Source: Polyangiaceae bacterium (GTDB lineage: Bacteria; Myxococcota_A; Polyangia; Polyangiales; Polyangiaceae). From it: a stretch of DNA of 64,000 bases. Location: assembly GCA_050287085.1 (NCBI GenBank), contig JBNKBE010000008.1, forward strand, positions 169,448-233,447, read 5' to 3'. Made by a program: the position numbers and the translations under genes. The notes beneath the pieces were generated by a model. The model made no database searches, was not told the origin of the DNA, and was given only the letters and a program-made list of their open reading frames with translations. This document shows, piece by piece, positions 18,017 through 26,705 of this stretch (position 1 is the first letter of the stretch; every line of letters begins with the position of its first letter).

Positions 18017-18100
18017 ACGAGCGCTCCGAGGTGACAGCCTACCGCGACCGGGCATCGATGTCCCGTTTCAAGCATGTTGGAGGCTCTGGGGTGCAAGGCC

Positions 18101-19600
18101 CTAGACGTTGCAGTTGGCAGTGGCCAGGAGCGCCAAGATCCGTGCTCGAACCACTTCAAATTCTTTGACCACGAGGTCGAGTTCAGCCTGTTGCAAGCGC
18201 CGGCTGGCATCAACGAGCTCAAAGCTCGTACCCTGGCCGTTGACAAAAGAGAGCTTTGCGAGACGTGCTGTCTCCGTGGCGAGCTCGCGCGTCCGGCGAC
18301 TGACAGCAAAGTTCGCTTCCGCAACCGTCACCGCACGGTTGGCCTGCTGCACTTCGAGGCGTGCCTGTCGCTCTGCCTGGGTCAGCTGAGCGGCTTGCGC
18401 TCGCGCCTGCGCGGTGGCGGCTCGCGCTTGTCCCGCGCGCAAGCCGCCATCGTATAGGGGCACGTTGAGCACGGCCGAGATGATCCACTGGGCGGGCTTG
18501 CCGTTGGTGGTAAACGGCGCGGTGCTATAGGTCACAGCGGAGGCAACATCTAGGGTGGGCGACAGCAGCCAACTGTTGCTTTCAACGTTGCGCTGAAGCA
18601 CGGACTTGCCCGCCCGGAGGGCGCGCAAGTCCGCGCGCTGCTCCAATTCGGTCGGGGTGCATACCTCACGGGCATCGCGCGCCAACTCTGCGATACGAAT
18701 GTCGGGGGTGACCGCTACGGCTTCGGAATAGCCGAGCGCCATGCCCAAAGCTTCGCGCGAGCGGCGAATGGATTCGTTGGCAGATAAGAGCTGGCCGCGC
18801 AAGACGGTGACCTCTTGTTCCGCCCGAAGTACATCCAACGCATTGCCCGCACCGAGACGCGCCCTGCGGCGGGTTAGATCAAGCGTGGACAGGGCCGAGG
18901 AGAGGTTGACGCGGCTGATCTCGCCGAGACGCTCCGCCGTCACGGCGGCCAAGATCGTATCGGCGACGTTTGCCAAAATGACGCGCTCTACATCGGCCTG
19001 CTCCAGCTCTCGAACGCGCGCTGACAACTTGCTCGTCTGGGCGTCGTAATACGCCTTCGGGGCCAACAGCGTCTGACTGATCGTCAGATTGGCGGACCAC
19101 AGGGTGGCCGCGCCCGTGTTGCCGAACGCTTGGGCCGCGATCCCAGCTGGCAGGTTCGACGTGGTGTTGAACAGCAGGTCCTTGCGGACCTGTCCAGTGC
19201 CGGAAACCCGTGGGTAGAGCGGGACCAAAGAGAGTCTGGCTTGGGCCGCCGCGATCTCAACCTGGGCGCGGGCCTGCTCCAGACCCGTCGAACGGCCACG
19301 AACGTAGTTCAACGCCTCCCGCCAGGTGCGTAGCACTCGAGCTGGAGGCGGCACCGGTGCGAGCATCTCATCGGCCGGCCAGGGCTCACCCGACTCGTCC
19401 GCCACAACCGGGGCTACAGAGTTGGCGACGGCGGTGGAAGGCGCGACCGCACCGCTCGCCTCGCTTGTGTTGCTCGGCGCGGTCGCCTCAAGGGGGCGCG
19501 ATGACCCGTCCGCCGCCGGACTTGGGCTGGCGGCCGCCACGCTAGGCAGCCCCAATAACCCGTGGACGACAAGCAAGCAGCGGAGGCGGGACGGCATCAT
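18101..19600 (-). CDS. TolC family outer membrane efflux protein
   Basis: Signal peptide and two OEP repeats (LYPRVS, LDVLRAEQE, LNVPLYDGG, GQGTSFELVDA). Confidence 0.88.
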   Translation of the reverse strand: MMPSRLRCLLVVHGLLGLPSVAAASPSPAADGSSRPLEATAPSNTSEASGAVAPSTAVANSVAPVVADESGEPWPADEMLAPVPPPARVLRTWREALNYVRGRSTGLEQARAQVEIAAAQARLSLVPLYPRVSGTGQVRKDLLFNTTSNLPAGIAAQAFGNTGAATLWSANLTISQTLLAPKAYYDAQTSKLSARVRELEQADVERVILANVADTILAAVTAERLGEISRVNLSSALSTLDLTRRRARLGAGNALDVLRAEQEVTVLRGQLLSANESIRRSREALGMALGYSEAVAVTPDIRIAELARDAREVCTPTELEQRADLRALRAGKSVLQRNVESNSWLLSPTLDVASAVTYSTAPFTTNGKPAQWIISAVLNVPLYDGGLRAGQARAATAQARAQAAQLTQAERQARLEVQQANRAVTVAEANFAVSRRTRELATETARLAKLSFVNGQGTSFELVDASRRLQQAELDLVVKEFEVVRARILALLATANCNV

Positions 19601-19619
19601 TGAAGCAGGGGGAGCGCTC

Positions 19620-21593
19620 TTAGGCCTCGGCGGCGAGCGCCGGATTCTGCGGCTCGGAGCGGGGTTTGGCGCGTTCGGGCGCGAGCTCTCGTCCGCATAC
19701 GGCGACTCCGGCAAGCACTTCGAGCGCGTGGTTGAAGTTCGCCTCCGGCACGTCCACGAAGGTGTGGCGCTGTTTGACATGAACGCTCAAGATGGCCTGC
19801 TCTGCGACACCCGCTTCCACAAGGGCATCGCGCACCTCGCTCGTGCGGGCCCCGTCCTTGCGACCCACGTTCAAGTAGAGCGTTGCCCGCGCTTCGGTGG
19901 CTTTCTCGGGCGACCCTGAGCGCGCGGGCGCACCCGAGTCACTGGCTGCTTCCGCCACGGACTCTGAGCGAGCAGAGCTGGAGGTCGGGTCGTCAGCAGA
20001 GGGGCTATCGGACGGTCGCCTGCGGGCGCGTCCTTTCTGAGCGGGCGCTTTCTGTACGACCGGTGCAGGGGCATCGCTTACGGAATACGCAAAACCCTCT
20101 TCTTCGAAAGTTGTCTCCTCGGGCGCCTCGGCACTGCGAGCGGGCGGGCGGGCCGCCCGCTCTTGGTCGCGACCTCGTTCGCGACGTTCCGACGGGCCGC
20201 GGCGCGCTTTCTTTTCCTTCACCACCGGGCGGGGCGCTGCGCTGCGGCGAGCAGCGCTGGCTGCCGCTTCTGCGGCGTCAGCCTCTCCGAGGTGGGCGGC
20301 GAGCAGCCCCCCAATCAGCGAATCCGCATCGTCGTGGGTCATCAGGCGCCGTGCCAGCGAAGCGTAGTGAGCGCCGTGAGGCAACACCGGAAAACGCAGC
20401 GCGAGCATCGCTACGATGTCCGCTTCCTTGCGGGTCTTCAGCTCCGCGCGGGTGGGCAGGTGACGCTCAACCGGCTCAATCTTGTACTTCAGCCGCAGAT
20501 AGTACAAGTCGCCGATCGACGAGGGCTCCAGCAAGCTGATCGCTGTGCCCATGCGACCGGCCCGACCCGTCCGCCCCGTTCGGTGCACGTAGGCCTCCGA
20601 GTTTTCCGGAAAGTCGTAGTTGATGACATGGGTCAGGTGCGAGATGTCGATGCCACGAGCCGCCACATCGGTGCAGACCAAGAAGCGCAAGCGACCTTCG
20701 CGCGTCGCAAGCATCACCTGTTCGCGCTCGTTCTGATTGAGGTCGGAATTGAGCCAATCTGCATCGTAACCGGCGTCCTGAAGCACTCGGCACGCGCGCT
20801 TGGTCTCGTCCCGAGTGTTGCAGAAGATGATCCCGCTTTCGGGGTTTTCGATCTCCAGGATCTGCAAGAGCTCACGCGCTTTGTCGCCGTGGCTGAGGTA
20901 AACGAAGTGTTGGATCGACAGCGCTCCGATGTGATCGCCACTGAGGGTGATGAACTCGGGCTGCTTCAGGCGGGTTTCTGCGATCCGTTCAACCTGGCGC
21001 GGAACCGTTGCACTGAACAACAAGGTCTGCATCCCCGTCGGGAGCTGATTCCAGATTTCGGTGATCTGCGGCAGGAAGCCCATCGACAACATCTCGTCGC
21101 ATTCGTCCAGGACGAAGGCCTTGAGCTTTCCTGGATCCAACGTCTTGCGCTGCAAGTGATCGAGTACGCGTCCCGGGGTTCCGACGATGATTTGGGCACC
21201 CGCGGCCAATTCGTCGATCTGCTTGCCCATCGGGGCACCGCCGTAGACACTCACGACGGTGATATGGGTATGTTGGGCCAACGCTTCAAGCTCTCGCTTC
21301 ACCTGAAGCGCCAGCTCGCGGGTCGGAGTCAGCACCAAAGCTTGGGCCGAGGCGTCGGATTCATTCACCCGACCGCTGACCAAAGGCAGCCCGAAGGCAC
21401 ACGTCTTGCCGGTCCCGGTACGGGCCTGCACAACCAGGTCCTTGCCTTTCAGTGCTGGGCCAAACGCGGCGCGTTGCACCGGCGTCGGACTAGTATAGTT
21501 TAGATCTTTTAGGGCGTTACGAATCGGCTCCGGTAGCGGAAGCACGTCGAACGAGAGGGCTTCGTCGCCTCCCACTTCTTCACTGGCACTCAT
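19620..21593 (-). CDS. deaD: DEAD-box RNA helicase, DeaD/CsdA type with DbpA RNA-binding domain
   Basis: Q motif PTPVQ, ARTGTGKT, PTRELA, TPGR, DECD, SAT, ARGID, HRTGRTGR; C-terminal LYLNVGRKDG. Confidence 0.93.
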   Translation of the reverse strand: MSASEEVGGDEALSFDVLPLPEPIRNALKDLNYTSPTPVQRAAFGPALKGKDLVVQARTGTGKTCAFGLPLVSGRVNESDASAQALVLTPTRELALQVKRELEALAQHTHITVVSVYGGAPMGKQIDELAAGAQIIVGTPGRVLDHLQRKTLDPGKLKAFVLDECDEMLSMGFLPQITEIWNQLPTGMQTLLFSATVPRQVERIAETRLKQPEFITLSGDHIGALSIQHFVYLSHGDKARELLQILEIENPESGIIFCNTRDETKRACRVLQDAGYDADWLNSDLNQNEREQVMLATREGRLRFLVCTDVAARGIDISHLTHVINYDFPENSEAYVHRTGRTGRAGRMGTAISLLEPSSIGDLYYLRLKYKIEPVERHLPTRAELKTRKEADIVAMLALRFPVLPHGAHYASLARRLMTHDDADSLIGGLLAAHLGEADAAEAAASAARRSAAPRPVVKEKKARRGPSERRERGRDQERAARPPARSAEAPEETTFEEEGFAYSVSDAPAPVVQKAPAQKGRARRRPSDSPSADDPTSSSARSESVAEAASDSGAPARSGSPEKATEARATLYLNVGRKDGARTSEVRDALVEAGVAEQAILSVHVKQRHTFVDVPEANFNHALEVLAGVAVCGRELAPERAKPRSEPQNPALAAEA

Positions 21594-21653
21594 AGTCGAG
21601 CGGCGAGCTTAGTCGTCGTGCCCGGCGCTTTCCAGCGGGAAGCAGGATTCCCG

Positions 21654-22238
21654 TCATTCTTGCTTCGACCGGGACTTCGTTTCCGCGGCGCGCAGTCCGG
21701 TGCTTGCACTCGCCACCGCCGCGCGCAGGCGGTGGACGCGCTCCAATTCGGTCCGGAGCGCGAGCTCCTCCGAGTAGCGCAGGCGCTCCAGTAGTAGCAG
21801 TAGGTCGATCGCGGGCCGATCCCCGGCGCAGGCGGCGTGTAGCGCCGCGACACGATTGGCTTGTCCGTCCAGCTGCTTGCGAAACACGGACAAGGCCTCC
21901 TTAGGGGGAACGAAGGAAGCGGCCGACTGGCGGGCTTGTTCAAGACGCTCCTGCAGCTCCAGAACCCCCGGGCGACAGGCAGCTTCAGGCTCCGTGGGCT
22001 TGGGCCAGAAGCTCTGATCTATCACCTGCCAGGCGAAAGTCGCGGTGATCGCCGCAACCAGCGCAGCGAATAGGCCATTGCCAATGAGGCGCACTCGTCG
22101 TTGGGCGTTGCGCGCGGCCCCTTGCGGCGAGTTTTCGGCCGCGTCGGTTCCCACGTCGCCCGCGCTGGCACCTTCGGTAGTTTCAGGACCGGACGGCATG
22201 TCCGCCTGGCTGTACTCGGATCCGCTCCTATGAGTCAA
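21654..22238 (-). CDS. Hypothetical single-TM protein
   Basis: TM GLFAALVAAITATFAW followed by a helical domain with two Cys. Confidence 0.55.
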   Translation of the reverse strand: MTHRSGSEYSQADMPSGPETTEGASAGDVGTDAAENSPQGAARNAQRRVRLIGNGLFAALVAAITATFAWQVIDQSFWPKPTEPEAACRPGVLELQERLEQARQSAASFVPPKEALSVFRKQLDGQANRVAALHAACAGDRPAIDLLLLLERLRYSEELALRTELERVHRLRAAVASASTGLRAAETKSRSKQE

Positions 22239-22459
22239 ACGCTTGCGACGGAAGCGCTGGCGCTGTAGGGGAACTCGTTCGCGTGTTTCCCACCTCCTGT
22301 TGGGGTGGACCGTGAATCGCTAGCTCCTCCCTACGAGACATTCGACCTTGCACCCTTTGCGTGCACCCCGTGCGCGCCGCTTGCGGCCGCGCCCCAGAGC
22401 CGTGCGGTTTGGCGCGCAGTTCGAAGGCACTGACTAGAGCCCCGCAGCAACATTCACCG

Positions 22460-23491
22460 ATGAGCCTGACGACCGAAAGTGCCCTAGAATCCCTCTCCAA
22501 CTCAGCTCTACCTGTCGGGGATGCTCGACAAGAGGCGCGCCTGGCGCACATCTCGGAGCTGCTCTTGGACGACCTCTCCTGGGTTGAAGCCACCTTGGCC
22601 CGCGTCTCGCGAGACGGAGAGGCCCCGGCCACCGCCGCCGCGCGACACCTGATCGAGAACGGCGGCAAGCGCGTCAGGCCGACGGCCACTCTGCTCAGCG
22701 CATCGTGTTTTGGGGCGATTACGCCGTCCGTGCGGGAGCTTTCCGTGGTCGTGGAGCTGGTGCACAACGCTACGTTGCTGCACGACGACGTGATCGACGA
22801 AGGCATGGAACGTCGCGGAGCGTCGACCTCGCGGCTGATGTGGGGCAACGCCGTCAGCGTGTTGGCGGGTGACGTGTTGTTGGTTCACGCTTTGCGTCGG
22901 ACTCAGAGCGAGCTCCCGGCGTTGATGCCGGACCTGTTGGAGATGCTGTTTCGCCTGGTTTCCGGAGAGGTCGTCCAGCTGCGTGGTCGAGCTTCTTTGG
23001 ACACGACCCGAGAGCGTTATGAGCAGGTTCTGGCGGACAAGACGGCCTCGCTCTTCAATTTCGCGGCATCCAACGGCGCGCGGCTGGCCGGGGCTTCGAC
23101 TCGGGAGCAACAGGCCTTGGGCGTTTTTGGCGAGGGGGTTGGGATGGCCTTCCAGTTGGTCGACGACGTGCTCGACTATTCCTCCGAGACCACCGGCAAG
23201 ACCCTGTGTGCCGATCTGCGGGAGGGCAAGATCACACTACCGCTGGTGCTGGCAGTCGAGCAAGAGCCCGCCTTGCTCGCGCAGCTGCAGTGCATCCATC
23301 AGGGTGACGGCGACGAGCTCGTGGCGCGCGTCCATCGCCGCGTGATGGAGCTTGGCGTGTGTCGTCACGTCGTAGAACGAGCCCGGCTCGAGACCCAACG
23401 CGCGGTATCAGCGTTGGAGATGGTGCCAGCGTCGGACGCGCGTGAGCTACTTCGATCCATCGCGCTCGAGTTGGTTGAGCGCGTGAGCTAA
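22460..23491 (+). CDS. ispB: Polyprenyl (octaprenyl) diphosphate synthase
   Basis: GGKRVRP, LLHDDVID..RRG (FARM), KTASL, FQLVDDVLD (SARM), DLREGKITLP. Confidence 0.93.
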   Translation: MSLTTESALESLSNSALPVGDARQEARLAHISELLLDDLSWVEATLARVSRDGEAPATAAARHLIENGGKRVRPTATLLSASCFGAITPSVRELSVVVELVHNATLLHDDVIDEGMERRGASTSRLMWGNAVSVLAGDVLLVHALRRTQSELPALMPDLLEMLFRLVSGEVVQLRGRASLDTTRERYEQVLADKTASLFNFAASNGARLAGASTREQQALGVFGEGVGMAFQLVDDVLDYSSETTGKTLCADLREGKITLPLVLAVEQEPALLAQLQCIHQGDGDELVARVHRRVMELGVCRHVVERARLETQRAVSALEMVPASDARELLRSIALELVERVS

Positions 23492-23544
23492 GCTCCGAGC
23501 CACACTGGAGTCCGAGCGCCGCGGTGGCCTGGCGACTTCCGCGG

Positions 23545-23621
23545 CCCGAGCAGGCTCAGGTCAACCCGCGCAGGTCACCCGAGCAGACTCAGGTCAACCC
23601 GAGCAGACTCAGGTTAACCCG
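23545..23621. repeat. 20-bp tandem repeat (CCCGAGCAGACTCAGGTCAA): three near-complete copies and one truncated copy
   Basis: Lies between the convergent stops of ispB and the TPR gene. Confidence 0.9.
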
Positions 23622-23627
23622 CCGGGC

Positions 23628-24659
23628 CTATTCGCCTTCCGGACGGGCGAGATAGGCCGCGATCTCCTGCTGCAGCGTGCGTGCGAGTTCCCCCGGAAGC
23701 TGTTCGAAGCTACCAGCGACCCGTTCTAGGTTCCGCTGGTAGACAAATAGCCGCACGCCCGTGGTCTTGGCAGCTGGATCGGACGACTCGTTCTGAGCCT
23801 TGGGTTGGTCCGCAGGGGCCTTGGAGGCGGGCGATTCAGGCGCTTCGTCCAGCAGCAGCAAGGAGCGAGGATCCACGCCATCAGCCACCACTTCGAAGCC
23901 GGGGTGGGGAGCCACAAAGACGTCGTCTGTCGCAACGAAGTTTGCCAGTTCTGCCGGAAGCTCCTGGAGTGCTTTGAGGACCAGTCGATGAAACGCTCCG
24001 CGGGTGAGCGTCCAGGGTGGAGCAGCGGCTTGTGAGTCGAGCTCCAGCGTCTGCAGAAACGCGTCCGTTGCTTCGCGGTTCTTGCCCTGCTCTTCTCGCA
24101 CCAGCGCCAGGTAGTAATACGCTTCAGCGTTGTCCGGCGCGGTCTGTGTTGCCTCTTCAATCAGCGGCGCTGCGCGCGCGACTTCGCCGACCTCGAAGAG
24201 AGCTCGTCCCATCAAGAAAGGGTGGACGGGGTTGTCGAAAGGCCCGGTCGGAAAGCGAGCGCACAGCTTCTTCGCGGCCTCGAGCCGTTCTTGACCCATC
24301 AGGGCGTCGAACTTGAGCAGTAGTGCGTCGACCCTCTCATCGGCATCCTCGCACAGGTCCAGAGCTTCGTCGCAGAGCCGCTCCGCCTCCTCGAAGGCTC
24401 CTAGCGGGTGGATACACAACTCGGCCGCGTTCAGGATCGCTTCCAAGTAGGTGTCGTCCAGGGCTATGGCTTGTTCGTAGTGTTCGCGTGCGTCGTCGAC
24501 CTCACCCCGCATGGCTGCGATGAAGCCGAGCAGGTTGTGGGCTTCGGGAGACTCGTTTTCGAGGTCCAGCGCGCGTCGAGCGGATGCCTCGGCACCCAGT
24601 ACGTCGCCCTTCTGCACCAGGTCCCAACCGCGGTCCATGTGGGCTGAAAACTGGTCCAT
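23628..24659 (-). CDS. TPR protein with C-terminal degenerate Zincin_1-like domain
   Basis: TPRs (PEAHNLLG, AEAYYYLAL); C-terminus FHRLVLKALQELP...VDPRSL...FVYQRNLERVA...LQQEIAAYL lacks HEXXH. Start 24659 or 24725. Confidence 0.75.
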   Translation of the reverse strand: MDQFSAHMDRGWDLVQKGDVLGAEASARRALDLENESPEAHNLLGFIAAMRGEVDDAREHYEQAIALDDTYLEAILNAAELCIHPLGAFEEAERLCDEALDLCEDADERVDALLLKFDALMGQERLEAAKKLCARFPTGPFDNPVHPFLMGRALFEVGEVARAAPLIEEATQTAPDNAEAYYYLALVREEQGKNREATDAFLQTLELDSQAAAPPWTLTRGAFHRLVLKALQELPAELANFVATDDVFVAPHPGFEVVADGVDPRSLLLLDEAPESPASKAPADQPKAQNESSDPAAKTTGVRLFVYQRNLERVAGSFEQLPGELARTLQQEIAAYLARPEGE

Positions 24660-24737
24660 CGCTGCGTATTCGAGCTCGGGCTCATCAGCCTCGAGCTCTT
24701 TCTTTGGGGGAATTGGAATTGACACGTTGGCCTCGGA

Positions 24738-26516
24738 CTACTCGTGCACCACGACCCAGCTGCCGGGACGTTGGTCTGAGGACCAGGCGCCGTACCACCC
24801 CTCGTACACCACCGGGTCGGTGTGGAAGAACAGGTATTTTGCATCCAGGGGCGCGAGGTTCACGCAGCCATGACTCATTTTGACGCCGTAGTTCTGATGC
24901 CAGAAGGCACCGTGGGTAGCGTAGGAGCGGTAGAAGTACATGATGTAGGGCACGCCTTCAATCGAGTAGGGCAGGTCAGACGCAGTTCCGTCACCGTCCA
25001 TCGTCGCGGCGATGTGTTTCTCGCGCACGCGCCAGCGGCCGACCGGGGTGCTGTGGTCCTGCTCTTTGACCCGGCTGGTCTTGCCGCTCGAGATTAGACT
25101 TGCATAGAACGGCGTGTCGCCGCGAAAGGCGACGATCGTTTGGGTCGCCGTATTGACATCCAACCAGCGCTCCTCCGGCCCGATGTCGTCCGGTTTCGGA
25201 CTTGGGCGAGTCACTCGCACATGAGCCGAGCGCACCCAGTAGCCGTCCATGCTTTCAAGATACGTCGTCTTGCCGATATCGACGGACTTGCCCGTTAGGT
25301 TGACCGCGCTCAGCCGTTCGAGCTTGCCAGCGACCTTCGCACGCTTGCCTTCCTCGTCGATTTCGTAGGTAGGACGGGTTTTCTGGTAGCCGTAGACCCA
25401 TCCGATGGGCAGTTGCCAGGTTTCGTCCAGCTCCACCCCGTGGAAAGACGATCCGTCTACGAAGTGGTAGAACTCGGCGGGCGCCGTGTACGCCTTGGTT
25501 GTCTGCAGGTAGCGTCGACCCTGCCAGGTGAACACGCGGTTAACAGCGATATAGAAGCCCTTCAGTAGACGCATCGCCAACACTGAGTCGCTGTCTTGCG
25601 TCAACGCCTCTTTGGTGATGGCGTTGAGATTCGGATCTTCTTGCTTCCACCAGGGGGCCCCAGCGTCCGCGTCGGAGCCTTCACCGGGCGCTTTGGGCTT
25701 GGCCGCGGACTCGGGTGGGTTGCCGCGCAGCTGCTGCAGGCGTTCGCGCATCTTCTGGAAGCGACGCTCGGCGTCGTCGACGGGCGCTGCACTGGGCGCC
25801 GCGCTGGGCGCCGCGCTGGCCGTTGTCGTCGGCGGCGATGTCTTGGGCACGGCCGGTTTGCTCGGGGCTAGGCGCTCGTATTGCGAGATCTGCTCTTTGG
25901 TCGGGACCGAGCGATACAGGGGCGAGCCGTGTTTGGTGTTGCGGGCATAACGATAGGGGAGGACCGCCTCGAGATCGGGGGGGGCAGGACCGTTCTTGAC
26001 CCGCGGATCATTCGGGTTGATGGTGCCATGGTCGCCGCAGACGTAGCCACCGTCGATGAGCTCGTAGAATCCGCTGCGGCAGCCTGCCCCTGGGACTTTG
26101 TCGGGTTTGACGGGGAGCCGGCCCCCTTGTTGCGCGTAGCCGATCTTATGACCACGCGCGATCTTGGGCACCGAGTACAGGCCGGTGCTCGTTCTCGTGA
26201 TGACCAGAAATGGCCCTTGCCATGGCGGGCGCTCGGCGGGTTCTTCAGCGGTGACGGAAGGCGCGGGTGCGGTCGCGTCGGGGACGACCGTAGGGACCGC
26301 AGGCTCGCTCACCGTTGGCACCGGCGCACTTTCGCTCTGCAGCGGCGCAGGTTGTTTCGAGCTGTCGTCCTGGCTCTCGGTACAGGCCAGCAGCCCGAAC
26401 GCCAAAGGGAGGAGAACCACAGCAAGGGCCAAAGGCACTGAGCGGAGCGTGCGGAGCGGCCCTGGTCGAACACGGGGCCGTTCGAGATCGAAAGACGGAA
26501 GCAAACGTTTCATCAT
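24738..26516 (-). CDS. L,D-transpeptidase (YkuD domain), probable lipoprotein
   Basis: Lipobox LLAC; ISSGK, TPVG, VPYIMYF, HGAFWH...SHGCVNL. Confidence 0.92.
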   Translation of the reverse strand: MMKRLLPSFDLERPRVRPGPLRTLRSVPLALAVVLLPLAFGLLACTESQDDSSKQPAPLQSESAPVPTVSEPAVPTVVPDATAPAPSVTAEEPAERPPWQGPFLVITRTSTGLYSVPKIARGHKIGYAQQGGRLPVKPDKVPGAGCRSGFYELIDGGYVCGDHGTINPNDPRVKNGPAPPDLEAVLPYRYARNTKHGSPLYRSVPTKEQISQYERLAPSKPAVPKTSPPTTTASAAPSAAPSAAPVDDAERRFQKMRERLQQLRGNPPESAAKPKAPGEGSDADAGAPWWKQEDPNLNAITKEALTQDSDSVLAMRLLKGFYIAVNRVFTWQGRRYLQTTKAYTAPAEFYHFVDGSSFHGVELDETWQLPIGWVYGYQKTRPTYEIDEEGKRAKVAGKLERLSAVNLTGKSVDIGKTTYLESMDGYWVRSAHVRVTRPSPKPDDIGPEERWLDVNTATQTIVAFRGDTPFYASLISSGKTSRVKEQDHSTPVGRWRVREKHIAATMDGDGTASDLPYSIEGVPYIMYFYRSYATHGAFWHQNYGVKMSHGCVNLAPLDAKYLFFHTDPVVYEGWYGAWSSDQRPGSWVVVHE

Positions 26517-26705
26517 GAAGGTGGCTGCGGCTGGTGTAGAGCTTAGGTACCTGTTGCCACAGCAGCGCCCGGAACAGCCAATTTCCGAACAGCGTCTTCT
26601 ATAACTCCGACGCGGCGCGAGTGGGAGTCTGCATCCATGGGTGAGCTTGTCTGCTGAATCGCCAAACCGCCTACCAGCCGAAATGGACGTTTACGCTTGA
26701 GCCTC

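Noticed and set aside
20163..21503. Long antisense or alternate-frame ORFs (also 33510-34592, 35515-36627, 38484-39572, 56197-57249)
   Set aside because: These are shadow ORFs expected from high-GC codon bias opposite well-supported genes.
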